DNA of 64,000 bases from Candidatus Latescibacterota bacterium (GCA_965198115.1 OZ240241.1:6976001-7040000), one strand, 5' to 3'; shown: positions 27,755 through 38,853, counted from the stretch's first letter. Notes: generated by a model from the letters alone, not told the origin. A program made the numbers and translations.

Positions 27755-29547
27755 CTAGGTCGTATCGCCATCCTGTAGGGCGAATTGAAGGTCGCAGAGT
27801 CTTGCGTAGAGACCGCCCAGTGCAAGGAGCTCCGTGTGCGTCCCGTGCTCGGCCACACGGCCTTCGTCGATGACGAAAAGCTGATCGGCCTTCCTCACGT
27901 GGAGAGGCGATGTGCGATGGCAAACGTCGTCCGCCCCGCCATGAGTCGGTCGAGCGCTCCCTGAATGAGGACCTCGGTTTCGGTGTCGACTGACGACGTC
28001 GCCTCGTCGAGAATCAGGATTCTCGGGTCGGAGAGGATGGCGCGTGCGATGGCGACGCGTTGTTTCTCTCCCCCCGAAAGGCGAACCCCCCTCTCTCCGA
28101 CGAATGTGTCATAGCTGTCTGGAAATCCGCAGATGAAGTCGTGGGCGTTCGCCAACGCGGCGGCTTCGAGGATGTCCCCCGGTTCGGCGTGGAGTCGACC
28201 GTAGGCGATGTTTTCCCGGATTGTGCCGTTGAACAGAAAAGGATCCTGCAGGACGATCCCGATTCGGCTCCGAAGCGCATTCAGCGTGACATCCATCAGG
28301 GGATGACCGTCCACGCGCACTTCGCCTTCGTCGGGATCGTAGAATCGGCAGATGAGATTGATGATCGTGGTTTTGCCCGCGCCGCTCGGCCCGACGAGAC
28401 CGATGAGTTGCCCCGGTTCGGCGAGGAGACTGACGTCGTTCAGGACCGGCGGGCCGTTTTCGTAGGCGAACTGGACGTTTCGGAATTCGATCCCACCCTG
28501 GATGGTGTCGAGCGTCCGAGCACCCGGCCGATCGCGGATGTCGGGTTCTGTGTCGAGGATGTCGAAGATGCGTTGGGCGGAGGCCGCGGCCCTGACGATG
28601 GTGTCGTTGATTCGCGTGAGGCTTTCGACAGGACCGTAGAAACGCCAGAGATAGTTTTGGAATGCGAACAACGTTCCGATGCTGAGTCCACCGAGGATGA
28701 CTTGCGACCCGCCATACAGCAGGATCATGAGTGGGCCGAGGGTGATGACGAGACGCGAGATCGGAAAGAAGGCGGCCCGTGTTCGGATGATCCGCATGCC
28801 GATTTGCCAGAGCGCACGGCATCGATCCGTGAACCGTGCCAGTTCGTGGTCTTCCCGGGCGAAACACTGGATGACGCGGATACCCGACAGATTGTCCTGG
28901 AGGATGGCGCTGATGTCTGCGGCCCGCTCACGTGCCATCGCATACAACGGCCGGATGCGGCGGTTATAGGCGGCGATCATAAGGCAGTAGACAGGGAGCG
29001 GAGCAAGGGTAACGAGTGCGAGCTTCCAGCTGAGTGCGAAAAGCAGGACACCCAGGATGAGGACGGTGAAGATGTTGACGACGACGCGCTCGATCGAGTC
29101 GGTGACGGTGTTTTGCAATGACTCGACGTCGGCGGTTGCTCGTGACATGAGCTCACCCGTGCTTCGGGCGTTGAAGAACCGGAGGGACAGTCGCTGCAGG
29201 TGATCGTAGACTTCTGTCCGAAGGGAGAGCAGGATGTCTTGCCCGGTTTTCTGGAGCAGGAATCGATTGAGGATGTTGAGGCCTGCGCGCATCAGGTAGA
29301 GCACGAACAGCCCACCCGCGAGGAGCACGAGGAACCGGAGGTCGCCCCGCACGCGCGCCGGATCGAACGTGTCGCCGACATATTGGCCTTCGGACACGTA
29401 GACGGTGAGGATGTTGTCGACGACGTGGCGCATGACGAGCGGCTGAACGGAATCGAGACCGATCGAGACGACGGTGCATGAGACACCCATAGCCACGCGC
29501 GCCCTGTAGGGACTGATGTAGGAGAGAAGTCGAAGGAAGACGTTCAT
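27755..29547 (-). pseudogene. ABC exporter (fused TMD-NBD), frameshifted near 27899 as sequenced
   Basis: GPSGAGKTT, LSGGEKQR, ILDEATSS, AHRLST. Adding one G restores VRKADQLFVIDEGRVAEHGTHTELLALGGLYARLCDLQF up to TAG 27757-55. Confidence 0.88.
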
Positions 29548-29594
29548 GGGCAAAGTTTGTGAGTGTTTACTCCTTCGGACGGCACAAAAGACGA

Positions 29595-30224
29595 TCAGCT
29601 GAAGCGCTCTTCCTTCCACGGGTTGCCACGGTCGTGATAACCGGCTTTTTCCCAGAACCCGGCCCGGTCGTGGGTCGTGAATTCCAGTCCATTCACCCAT
29701 TTCGCGCTCTTCCAGGCGTAGAGCTTCGGGACAACGAGTCGCATCGGGCCCCCGTGTTCGGCGGTCAGTGGCGCGTGGTTCCAGCTGTGGGCGAAGAGGA
29801 CGTCGTCTTCGAACAGGTCGGCAACGGGCAGGTTTGTCGTGTATTGGCCATGGGCGTGTACGGTTACGTATTGCGCGTCGGGGGCGAGGTCGACGCGTTG
29901 GATGACCTCGCCGATGGGGATACCCGTCCAGATGTTGTCGAGCTGGCTCCAGCGGGTGACGCAATGGAAGTCGGCGGTGATGTCGACCTGTGGCAGGGCC
30001 ACAAACTCATCCCAGGTCCACTCGATTTCGGCGGCCACTGCGCCGAAGACCCTCAGCCGCCAGCGATCGGTTTTGACACGCGGTGTGTATCCGTGCGTGA
30101 GGACCGGGAACTTTGTCGTCAGATATTGGCTCGGGGGTATCCGCCTTTCGGGGTCGTCGTCAGGCTTGCGTCTGGGCTCGGCTCGTCGCAGGCGGTCGAC
30201 CCGATCTTTGGGATCGACGTTCAC
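29595..30224 (-). CDS. Sulfite oxidase-like molybdopterin-dependent oxidoreductase
   Basis: RIPP.Q, DFHCVTRWS, EHGGP.RL..P.LYAWKSAKW, GFWE..GYH..G.PW.EERF. Confidence 0.9.
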   Translation of the reverse strand: MNVDPKDRVDRLRRAEPRRKPDDDPERRIPPSQYLTTKFPVLTHGYTPRVKTDRWRLRVFGAVAAEIEWTWDEFVALPQVDITADFHCVTRWSQLDNIWTGIPIGEVIQRVDLAPDAQYVTVHAHGQYTTNLPVADLFEDDVLFAHSWNHAPLTAEHGGPMRLVVPKLYAWKSAKWVNGLEFTTHDRAGFWEKAGYHDRGNPWKEERFS

Positions 30225-30877
30225 GACTCGATTCCGACCCGCCCGGAAACGACGTCGGAGGTGGACACGACACGAACATCCCGTACCTGCCACGACTTGA
30301 CGAGCGTTTCCCCCCGATCGGGGTCGATGGCGCGCGTGGCGTCCAACACGAGGGAGATGGGCGTGACGTTTCTTTCGAGCAGACCCTCGATGGCGAACCG
30401 ATTACAGACGTCGAGCGCTACGCCGTAGAGGACGATTTCGTCGGGAGCCAGTTCGGCGATGACGGTATCGATGTTCGGGTTGGAGAAGACGTCGAATCGC
30501 TTCTTTCGGATGACGATCTCCCCGCGGTGCGTCGACAGTTGTTCCTGAATTTCTCGTTCGGGAATCGCGTCGGTGTCGACCCAGAGGGGGTCGAGCGGCA
30601 CCGTTTCATCGACTTTCAGCTGGCCCGGTGTATCGATCAGACAATGGGGTGGAAACGTCTGTTCGAAGTCGGGATCATCGGATATTTCGGGATCCGACAG
30701 GTCGTGATAGTCGACAGAGGCGACGATTCGGCCGGTTTTCCGGGCATACTCGGTCAGCTGTGAGAGATTCGTGCAGATTTTCTCAGCACCATTCACGTAG
30801 AGCTTGCCGTGGGGGTGGATGAAGTCGACCTGTGTATCGACGTCCCAGAATACTGTTTTCACAGCGCATCCTTTCAC
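30221..30877 (-). CDS. Nicotinamidase/isochorismatase-family cysteine hydrolase
   Basis: DVDTQVDF..P.G.L.V.GA, D.H, FPPHC, K...DVF, GVALDVC. Confidence 0.88.
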   Translation of the reverse strand: MKGCAVKTVFWDVDTQVDFIHPHGKLYVNGAEKICTNLSQLTEYARKTGRIVASVDYHDLSDPEISDDPDFEQTFPPHCLIDTPGQLKVDETVPLDPLWVDTDAIPEREIQEQLSTHRGEIVIRKKRFDVFSNPNIDTVIAELAPDEIVLYGVALDVCNRFAIEGLLERNVTPISLVLDATRAIDPDRGETLVKSWQVRDVRVVSTSDVVSGRVGIES

Positions 30878-30916
30878 GCAATGGTCGCTGCAAGATAGGG
30901 TCGAAAACAGGGGGGA

Positions 30917-31642
30917 TCAAACAGGGGGCCGACAGAGCGCGGAGAGAAGGATGCCCGTGGCGACGGCGACGTTGAGCGACGTGACGGCGCCTTTTGAGGG
31001 GATCGCGCAAACCTGGTCACAGCGTTCGAGCGTCAACCGGCGAAGACCGGATTCTTCGTTGCCGAGCACGAGCAGCCACGGACGAGCGGTATCGATTTCC
31101 GCGACGGGCGTATCCGCGTGCTCGGAAGATCCAAGAATCCACAGCCCACGCTGCCTGGCCGTGTCGAGGCCTCGTGCCAGGTTCGTTTCCACGCTGAAAG
31201 CGACCCGTTCGACTCCACCGGAGGCGACATCGTAGACGGTCTGGGACACGGGTGCTGCCCGGTCGCGGGTCAGGATGATGCCTTTGACACCGTAGAACGC
31301 GGCGGATCGAAAGATCGATCCAAGGTTTTGAGGATCCTGCACGCTGTCCAGGGCCAGATACAGGCCGTGGGTCACGTCCGGTGGGATCACGTGCGTAATC
31401 GGGACGGCTTCCTTTTCCTTCACGACGGCTTCCGAGAGGCCGGTCCTGCCTTGCCCGCGTGCGGGTTTTGACGATCGGACCTGGGGTTCGTTGATCGGTA
31501 AGCCGATCCCTTGCGCTTCGGATCTGACCGTCTCCCAGGTTTCGCTGACTTTGCCTTTGGGTAATCGAATCTCGAACACATCCTGCGGACGGGTGTCGAG
31601 GACAGCCAACACGCTGTGTGGATTGTGGAGGAAGAGCGGCAC
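30917..31642 (-). CDS. TrmH/RlmB-family SPOUT RNA 2'-O-methyltransferase
   Basis: LDSVQDPQNLGSIFRSA, LGNEESGLR, SLNVAVA. Confidence 0.9.
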   Translation of the reverse strand: MPLFLHNPHSVLAVLDTRPQDVFEIRLPKGKVSETWETVRSEAQGIGLPINEPQVRSSKPARGQGRTGLSEAVVKEKEAVPITHVIPPDVTHGLYLALDSVQDPQNLGSIFRSAAFYGVKGIILTRDRAAPVSQTVYDVASGGVERVAFSVETNLARGLDTARQRGLWILGSSEHADTPVAEIDTARPWLLVLGNEESGLRRLTLERCDQVCAIPSKGAVTSLNVAVATGILLSALCRPPV

Positions 31643-31645
31643 TCG

Positions 31646-32092
31646 TTACTCAGCCTCGGGCGAGGCGATAGGTTGCGTACCGGCTCCGTATCGGTAGACG
31701 AGCACGCCCCCGGTATAGCCACTCCATCCTGCGAGTAGCGCGCTTAAGACGGCTGCCAGGAGCCATACACGACCGATCCGAGAGAGGAAACGCTTCTTGA
31801 CGGTCAGGTGTATTCGGGCGAGTGCAAGACCCGCGACAAGCCAGGCGGTGAGGGTGGCCGCATCCTCGTGGCGTGTCAGATCGTGGGCAATTCCGTCGAT
31901 GAGTCCGGCCGTTTCGGATGCGGATTCACCCGTGAGCGCTGCTGGCACAGCTGTCACGGCACCCGCGAGGAAAAGGATGAGCCCCGCCGTATGCAACTCG
32001 GTTCTACGAAATAGCCAGGCCGCGGCGTCCAGGATCACGCCGGCGATGATGAGCACGATCGGAAAGTGGACGATGAAGGGGTGCCAATCCAT
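31646..32092 (-). CDS. DUF2231 membrane protein
   Basis: HPFIVHFPI, ALTG, HE, G..GG.LVY.YG.G. Confidence 0.85.
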   Translation of the reverse strand: MDWHPFIVHFPIVLIIAGVILDAAAWLFRRTELHTAGLILFLAGAVTAVPAALTGESASETAGLIDGIAHDLTRHEDAATLTAWLVAGLALARIHLTVKKRFLSRIGRVWLLAAVLSALLAGWSGYTGGVLVYRYGAGTQPIASPEAE

Positions 32093-32244
32093 GCAAGGAA
32101 GGAACACCGTTCGGGATGGGTTGAAAACCGAAAAAATGGGTTCGGTGGGCGATTCACCGATTGATCGTGACACCGCGATCGTTTTGTGTTTTCTTGGCTG
32201 TTCGTAAGTGATTGACAATCAATCGTTTCAAGTAAGGGAGTCCC

Positions 32245-35067
32245 ATGGACGAGCAACCCAACCGTCTCTGGATTCTGCTGGTCATTCTGGGTTTGGCGAT
32301 CGGTCTGAGTTGGATCGTCTCCTACTACACGGACTGGCTCTGGTTCCTGGCGGTGGAATACGATCACGTTTTCTGGCAGTCCGTGAAGGCGCGGTTTGCG
32401 ACCGGAGGCTGTTTTGCCCTGCTAGCGGGCATTGTTGTGGGGATCAACCTGTATTTCGCGGGGAAATTCACGCGTTTCGCGCTGGAGGTGGGTGGATCGC
32501 CCGGTGAGGGCGGCATCCCGATCGAGGGCTTACTCAAGCGCCGTCGGGGGTATGTGATTGCGACTGCCGCGCTCGTTTTCGTGATGGGAAATATCGGGGC
32601 CGGGCAATGGCCCCTCGTGTGGCGTTACCTGCACAGCCAGTCCTTCGGCACGATCGATCCGATCTTTGCCCGTGACGTCGGGTTCTACGTGTTCGCGCTG
32701 CCGTTTTACCAGTTCGTGGTGAACTTCCTGATCGGCGCGGTGATCGTGTCGGCCATTGTCGTGGGCTTGACGTACGCGATGAGCGGCGGCGTCCGGCTGC
32801 AGGAGAGCGTCCAGCTGATGCCACGGCCCCTCGCCCATTTTTCCGCGCTGGGCGGCGTCTTCCTGCTGCTCGTCGCGTGGAGCTACCGGCTGAAGGTCTA
32901 CGGCCTCCTGTTTTCTCAGGGGCGCATCTTTTCGGGCGCGGGCTACGTGGACGTGAACGTGCAGATCTGGGCGTACTGGTTCCTCGTCATTCTGTTCATC
33001 GCGACATCCGTGATCTTTTTCGTGAACGTGACACGGCGCGAGAGTCGCTACCCGTTGATTGGGCTGGGCATTCTCGTGGGTGGGGCGGTGGTCGTCGGAT
33101 CGGTTCCGGGGACGGTGGTACAAAAACTGATCGTCGATCCGACGGAGCTATCCCGAGAGACGCCGTATATCGAGCATAACATCGCGGCGACGCGCCAGGC
33201 TTACGGTCTCCACCGGATCGAGGAGCGACCGTTCACGGCCGAAGAAACCCTGACGCGGGAGGACATTGATCAGAACGATCTGACGATTCGCAACGTCCGA
33301 ATCTGGGACGAGCGCCCGATGGAGCAGACGTATCAGCAGGTTCAGGAAATCCGGCCGTATTACGTGTTCACGGATGTGGACGTCGATCGCTACACGATCA
33401 ACGGGGTCTATCGTCAGGTGATGCTGTCTGCGCGCGAGATGGACATTCGGCGTCTTCCGCAACAGGCACGCGCGTGGGTGAACGAGCGTCTCCAATACAC
33501 GCACGGATACGGTGTCGCGGTCAGCCCGGTGAATCAGGTTTCTCCAGAAGGGCTCCCGGAGTTCCTGGTTCGGGACATTCCGCCGGTCGGTTTGGAAGAT
33601 CTCGACGTGTCGCGGCCGGAGATCTACTATGGCGGCATGACCTACGGAACCGTTGTCGTCAAAACGGCGACGCGAGAGTTCGATTACCCGAGCGGAAGTG
33701 AAAACAAGCAGACGATCTACGCCGGCGATGGGGGTGTCACGATCGGGGGATTCTTCAACCGCCTGGCGTTCGCGATTCGGTTAATGGACCCGAACCTGGT
33801 GCTGAGCAGCTACATGCTCCCCGAATCGCGTTTGATGTATCATCGCCAGATCACGGAACGGGCGAGGAAGATCGCGCCCTTCCTGCACTACGACGGCGAC
33901 CCTTACCTGGTGATCTCCGAGGGACGGCTGTTCTGGATTCTGGATGCCTACACGTCGACCAACATGTATCCCTATTCGACGCGAACAGGCGGCCGGAATG
34001 CGATCAATTACATCCGCAACTCGGTCAAGATCGTCGTCGACGCGTATCACGGCGATATCACGTTCTATCAGGCCGACAGCGAGGACCCACTGATCAATGC
34101 TTACGCGAGCATCTTTCCTCGACTGCTGAAACCGATCGATCAGATGCCCGACGATCTTCGCACGCACGTTCGCTATCCTGTGGATCTGTTTCGTGTGCAG
34201 GCCTTCATGTATCGGACGTATCACATGCAGGATGTGAACGTCTTCTACAACCAAGAAGATCTTTGGGAGATTCCGAACGAGATCTACAGCGATCGCGCTC
34301 AGCGAATGGAGCCCTATTACATCATCGTGAAACTCCCTGGCGAAGACCGAGAGGAGTTTCTGTTAATGGTGCCGTACACGCCTGCGAAGAAGGACAACAT
34401 GATCGGCTGGCTTGCGGCACGGTGCGATGGAGAGCACTACGGAGGTCTGGTTGTCTATCAGTTGCCGAAGGACAAGCTGATTTTCGGTCCCATGCAGCTG
34501 GAGGCACGCATCGACCAGCAGCCGGAAATTTCGAGCCAGCTGACGCTTTGGGGGCAACGCGGGTCCCAGGTGATTCGGGGCAATCTACTGGCGATTCCGA
34601 TCGAAAGCTCCTTCCTGTATGTCGAACCGATCTACCTTCAGGCGCGACAGGAATCGGATGAGCCGCAGCAACTCGGTCCGGACGGCGAACCTCAACCAAG
34701 ACGACAGCAACAGGACCAGTCGTTCGGGAACAACGAGAGCACCGCCATTCCCGAGCTGAAACAGGTGATCGTCGCCTATGCGGGCCAGGTCGTGATGCGC
34801 GACACGTTCGAAAACGCACTCAACGAGTTATTCGGGCGGGCTCTGGCCGTAGCGACCGATGGGGAAACCGACGGCAGCGGGATGGCTGTGAGCGATCCGA
34901 CTCGACGTCCGCCAGCGACTGCCCACGATCTGGCCAACCGGGCCGAACAGCACTACAGGAACGTTCAAGATGCGATGAAGGTCTGGGACTGGGCGAAGGC
35001 CGGCGCCGAAATGCAGGCGCTCGAAGAATCGATCGAGGCACTTCAGCGATCGTTGAAGCAGGAGTGA
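32245..35067 (+). CDS. UPF0182 family membrane protein
   Basis: TDWLWF, DP.F..D.GFY.F.LP, NI.ATR.AYGL, NVRIWD, YTHGYG, NYIRNSVK..VDAY.G, VIRGNL. Confidence 0.93.
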   Translation: MDEQPNRLWILLVILGLAIGLSWIVSYYTDWLWFLAVEYDHVFWQSVKARFATGGCFALLAGIVVGINLYFAGKFTRFALEVGGSPGEGGIPIEGLLKRRRGYVIATAALVFVMGNIGAGQWPLVWRYLHSQSFGTIDPIFARDVGFYVFALPFYQFVVNFLIGAVIVSAIVVGLTYAMSGGVRLQESVQLMPRPLAHFSALGGVFLLLVAWSYRLKVYGLLFSQGRIFSGAGYVDVNVQIWAYWFLVILFIATSVIFFVNVTRRESRYPLIGLGILVGGAVVVGSVPGTVVQKLIVDPTELSRETPYIEHNIAATRQAYGLHRIEERPFTAEETLTREDIDQNDLTIRNVRIWDERPMEQTYQQVQEIRPYYVFTDVDVDRYTINGVYRQVMLSAREMDIRRLPQQARAWVNERLQYTHGYGVAVSPVNQVSPEGLPEFLVRDIPPVGLEDLDVSRPEIYYGGMTYGTVVVKTATREFDYPSGSENKQTIYAGDGGVTIGGFFNRLAFAIRLMDPNLVLSSYMLPESRLMYHRQITERARKIAPFLHYDGDPYLVISEGRLFWILDAYTSTNMYPYSTRTGGRNAINYIRNSVKIVVDAYHGDITFYQADSEDPLINAYASIFPRLLKPIDQMPDDLRTHVRYPVDLFRVQAFMYRTYHMQDVNVFYNQEDLWEIPNEIYSDRAQRMEPYYIIVKLPGEDREEFLLMVPYTPAKKDNMIGWLAARCDGEHYGGLVVYQLPKDKLIFGPMQLEARIDQQPEISSQLTLWGQRGSQVIRGNLLAIPIESSFLYVEPIYLQARQESDEPQQLGPDGEPQPRRQQQDQSFGNNESTAIPELKQVIVAYAGQVVMRDTFENALNELFGRALAVATDGETDGSGMAVSDPTRRPPATAHDLANRAEQHYRNVQDAMKVWDWAKAGAEMQALEESIEALQRSLKQE

Positions 35068-35134
35068 AAGACAGCAGAAACAGCAATGGTTGATAGACGG
35101 TGGACGGTGGGCGGTGACGACGGGCTTCGCCCCC
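35068..35134 (+). repeat. Degenerate heptamer array ending in GGCTTCGCCCC
   Basis: ACAGCAGAAACAGC...TAGACGG TGGACGG TGGGCGG...GGGCTTCGCCCC immediately after a stop codon. Confidence 0.7.
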
Positions 35135-35219
35135 TATTGCTGGAGATCATAGCAAACAACTTGCTCCGAAGCCCTTGGCGGAGGCGGTAAACGGCGGGGC
35201 AGGAGTAGATAGGAAATGC

Positions 35220-35256
35220 AAGGCGGGCATCGATTTTTGATCGATGCCCGCCTTTT
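35220..35256. terminator. Bidirectional terminator hairpin
   Basis: AAGGCGGGCATCGAT-loop-ATCGATGCCCGCCTT between convergent genes. Confidence 0.85.
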
Positions 35257-35276
35257 ACGTAGCCAGTGATTGAAGG

Positions 35277-36779
35277 CTACTTGTAGGTCTTCATTTGTCC
35301 TGATTGATAGCGTTGCCAGTATTCATCGAGGGTGGCTTTGATCTGTGGGCTGAGGAGGACACCCCCCAGGATGTTGGGGAAAGCCATGCCGAGGATCATC
35401 ATGTCGGAGAAGCCGATCACGTTGCTGAGCGAGGTGACGGACCCGATGAAGACGAAGGTGACGAAGATGATCCGGTAGACGAGGATGGTCGACGGGCCGA
35501 AGAGATACTCCCAGGCCCTCTCGCCGTAGTAGGACCACGAGATCATGGTCGAGTAGGCGAACAGAAAGACAGCGACCGAGAGGACGTATCGGGCACCGGG
35601 AACGAAGGACTCGAAGGCTGCGGCGGTCATGGCCACGCCCTTGTCCGCGTATTCGGGGTCGTCGTAGACGCCGGTGATCATACAGACGAGCGCGGTCATC
35701 GTGCAGATGACGATTGTGTCGATAAACGGACCGATCATCGCGACGATGCCTTCACGTGCGGGCTCGTCGGTTTTGGCCGCCGCGTGAACGAAAGCTGCGG
35801 ATCCCAGCCCGGCTTCGTTCGAGAAGACGGCACGGCGAATACCGGTGACGAGGACGCCGAGGAAGCCGCCGTAGAGTGCGGGACCGGTGAAGGCTTCCGA
35901 GACGATACGCCCCAGGAGTGAGGGCACGTCCGAAATGTGTGCGAGAATGATGATGACGGCCGTGAGGACGTAGAGCGAACACATCGTTGGCACGAGCCGC
36001 GACGTCACCGCGCCGATGCGCCGGATGCCTCCGATGATGACGATGGCGACGAGGAATGCGAGCAGGAGTCCGATGACCCAGTTGAATCGATGGAAGAAGG
36101 AAGAGACGGTGCCGAGCACTTCGAGGGTCTGGTTGGCCTGGAACATGTTGCCCCCGCCGAGGGACCCTCCGATGGTGAGCATGGCGAAGACGACGGCGAG
36201 CGTACGTCCGAGCGGGGCGAGGCCCTTCCTGGCCAGACCGTTTTCGAGGTAGTACATCGGGCCACCGGAGATGTGACCGTCGGGGTGCACCTGGCGATAC
36301 ATCACGGCCAGGGTACACGAGGCGAGTTTGGCGGACATTCCGAACAGGGCGATGGAGACCATCCAAAACACGGCCCCGGGCCCGCCCGTGCCCACGGCGA
36401 CCGCGACACCGGCGATGTTTCCGAGGCCCACCGTGGCGGATAGTGCGCTGGTAAGTGCCTGAAAATGGGAGATTTCACCGGGATCGTCCGGGTCGTCGTA
36501 GAGTCCGCGGATGACATTGATGGAGTGCTTGAACCCCCTGAGGTTGAGGAAGTTGAAGTATAGACTGTAGTAGACCGCGCCGAAGACGAGAACGACGACG
36601 ATCAGGGGAACGCCCGTGCCGAAGTCCGCGAAGAGGACGTCGGCCATGAGGTTCACCGTGTCACCGAGAAGATCGTTGAGCTTGGCGATCTTGTCCTTGA
36701 CCCAGCCGTCTTCCTGAGCGAATGCACTGCTTCCTGATAGCAGCAGGACGAGAAGCACGGCGATCACGCGGTGGCGCAT
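35277..36779 (-). CDS. Alanine/glycine:cation symporter (AGCS family)
   Basis: FQAL..ALSATVGLGNIAGVA, GGPGAVFWM, GGPMYY, FSNEAGLGSA, FIDTIVICT. Confidence 0.95.
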   Translation of the reverse strand: MRHRVIAVLLVLLLSGSSAFAQEDGWVKDKIAKLNDLLGDTVNLMADVLFADFGTGVPLIVVVLVFGAVYYSLYFNFLNLRGFKHSINVIRGLYDDPDDPGEISHFQALTSALSATVGLGNIAGVAVAVGTGGPGAVFWMVSIALFGMSAKLASCTLAVMYRQVHPDGHISGGPMYYLENGLARKGLAPLGRTLAVVFAMLTIGGSLGGGNMFQANQTLEVLGTVSSFFHRFNWVIGLLLAFLVAIVIIGGIRRIGAVTSRLVPTMCSLYVLTAVIIILAHISDVPSLLGRIVSEAFTGPALYGGFLGVLVTGIRRAVFSNEAGLGSAAFVHAAAKTDEPAREGIVAMIGPFIDTIVICTMTALVCMITGVYDDPEYADKGVAMTAAAFESFVPGARYVLSVAVFLFAYSTMISWSYYGERAWEYLFGPSTILVYRIIFVTFVFIGSVTSLSNVIGFSDMMILGMAFPNILGGVLLSPQIKATLDEYWQRYQSGQMKTYK

Positions 36780-36930
36780 CGGGGTCTCCCTTGGCGGGTT
36801 TCGTGATGAGGTTGCTGGGATTTCGTCAGGCTCGAAAGGTCACTGAATATGAGACAATGGCTGCCGCAGATCAACCGTATTCGCGGCCAACTCATCGTGC
36901 AAGTCTTTCGGAAACACTGTATTACGACGG

Positions 36931-38751
36931 ATGAACCTTGACAAAATCAGGGCTTCCTCGGATTATGCTGAGGTGAGACTCTCTTACTTCCTTCCCTTCG
37001 CGGAGTGGATCGGTGAACTCAAGGATCGCCGGGTCCTCCGAACCGATGTCGTCGCAGGCATCACGGTCTTCACGATTCTGATCCCGCAGTCGATGGCCAA
37101 CGCCCAACTCGCGGACCTGCCGCCGCACTACGGTCTCTACGCTGCGTTCCTCCCACCGATTGTAGCGGTGTTGTTCGGTTCTTCACGCCATCTGTCGACG
37201 GGTTCGGTGGCCGTCATTTCGCTCATGTCCGCCGGGGCGATTCAGCCTCTTGCCACGCCGGGGTCCGAGCTCCATATCTCGCTAACGATCCTCCTGGCTC
37301 TGATGGTAGGCCTCATTCAGCTGGGTCTGGGTCTGGCTCGTCTTGGTGCACTGATCAACCTGCTGTCGCATCCGGTCATCCTCGGGTTCACGAATGCAGC
37401 TGCGATCATCATAGGGACGTCGCAGATCGGAATGCTGTTCGGTGTGGAGGTCGCGCCGGGTGGTTCTCACTTTGCGCGTGTCTGGGGGATGATTCTCGAG
37501 GCTGTCGCGGATCCCCACGTGCCGACGATGGGTGTTACGGCTCTGGCCTTCGGATCGATGCTGATCACTAGATGGCTGGGGTCTTCTTCTCCGTGGATTC
37601 TGACGGCTGTGATCGTGACGACGGTCGCGAGCGCGTGGGGCGATCTAGCTGAGACGCACGGCGTCCTGGTCGTCGGAGCTATTCCGAGGGGTCTTCCCAG
37701 CTTCTCGCTCCCGTCTGCGACACCGGGGACGATACGTGCCCTGTTGCCGGCGGCGGTGACGATCGCCCTGGTGGGTTTCGTCGGGTCGATCTCGATCGCG
37801 AAGGCGATCGCTACTCGAACCCGCCAGCGTGTCGGGACCAATCGAGAGCTCCTGGGTCAGGGGCTGGCGAATCTCGTGGGCAGCCTGGCGCAGAGCCATA
37901 CCGTGTCGGGGTCCTTCGTCAGATCCGCCGTCAACTTCCGGGCCGGTTCCGTGACAGGATTTTCCTCGATCGTAGCCGGACTCCTGGCGTTTATGACGCT
38001 TCTTTGGTTGACGCCGTTGTTCTACCATCTGCCGTTGGCGACGCTTGCCGCGATCATCGTGATGGCCGTTGCGGGGCTGCTTCAGGTCGAGCCGATCATA
38101 CGGGCGTGGCGAATCGAACGTCACGATGGCGTGGTCGCCGTGGCGGCTTTTGGAATGACGCTGGTATTCGCCCCGCATCTGGATGTCGGGATCCTCGTGG
38201 GGGTCGGCCTTTCGCTGATTCTGTATCTGTACCGAACGATGAACCCGAGGATCGTGATGCTTTCCAAGCACCCCGACGGGTCGCTCAGAGACGCGGATGC
38301 GCACGATCTGGAGACGTGCGATCACGTGTGCATGATCCGATTCGACGGTTCACTTTACTTTGGGAGTGCAGGATATTTCGAGGACAAGGTGCTGGAGCGT
38401 GCGGCCGAAATGCGTGACCTCGCCTTCCTGATCGTGGACGGCGAGGGTATCAATCAGGTCGATGCGACAGGCGAGGAGAAGCTGGTCAGCGTGGTCGAGC
38501 GTTTGCGGGAGGCCGGTATCGAGACCCTCTTCATTCGAACGAAAATGCAGATTCTGGATGCGCTCAAACGGACCGGTTCCTACGAGGAGCTCGGTGCCGA
38601 TCGGTTTTATCCCGAACCCGATCGTGCGCTCAAGTATGTGTGGGATACGCTGAACGAATCGGAGGAGTCCGACTGTCGGAGGGATTGCCCGACCGAGTGT
38701 CCCCTCAATCGTGCTCGACCGCTCGCGCCAGTGGCGAATTATAGAGTCTGA
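36931..38751 (+). CDS. SulP family anion transporter with STAS domain
   Basis: D..AGITV...LIPQSMA.A.LA.LP..YGLY, GSF.RSA.N, RFDGSLYF STAS region. Start may be GTG 36973. Confidence 0.93.
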   Translation: MNLDKIRASSDYAEVRLSYFLPFAEWIGELKDRRVLRTDVVAGITVFTILIPQSMANAQLADLPPHYGLYAAFLPPIVAVLFGSSRHLSTGSVAVISLMSAGAIQPLATPGSELHISLTILLALMVGLIQLGLGLARLGALINLLSHPVILGFTNAAAIIIGTSQIGMLFGVEVAPGGSHFARVWGMILEAVADPHVPTMGVTALAFGSMLITRWLGSSSPWILTAVIVTTVASAWGDLAETHGVLVVGAIPRGLPSFSLPSATPGTIRALLPAAVTIALVGFVGSISIAKAIATRTRQRVGTNRELLGQGLANLVGSLAQSHTVSGSFVRSAVNFRAGSVTGFSSIVAGLLAFMTLLWLTPLFYHLPLATLAAIIVMAVAGLLQVEPIIRAWRIERHDGVVAVAAFGMTLVFAPHLDVGILVGVGLSLILYLYRTMNPRIVMLSKHPDGSLRDADAHDLETCDHVCMIRFDGSLYFGSAGYFEDKVLERAAEMRDLAFLIVDGEGINQVDATGEEKLVSVVERLREAGIETLFIRTKMQILDALKRTGSYEELGADRFYPEPDRALKYVWDTLNESEESDCRRDCPTECPLNRARPLAPVANYRV

Positions 38752-38756
38752 GGCTA

Positions 38757-38780
38757 ACACGAAGGCGCGAAGACGCGAAG
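38757..38780 (+). repeat. Three 8-mer units RCRCGAAG
   Basis: ACACGAAG GCGCGAAG ACGCGAAG, 5 nt after the SulP stop. Confidence 0.6.
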
Positions 38781-38853
38781 GAGAACCAGGGTCTCGGGTT
38801 ATGGACTCGACATAAGTCGCCTACTCAGGATGATCGTCAACAGCAGCCATCAG

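Noticed and set aside
27895-27900. Selenocysteine or TGA readthrough in the ABC gene
   Set aside because: The conserved C-terminus continues in a different frame, so this is an indel rather than an in-frame TGA.
35163-35187. GCTCCGAAGCCCTTGGCGGAGGCGG, resembling another REP-like motif
   Set aside because: Single degenerate copy in the window, so it cannot be supported as a repeat.
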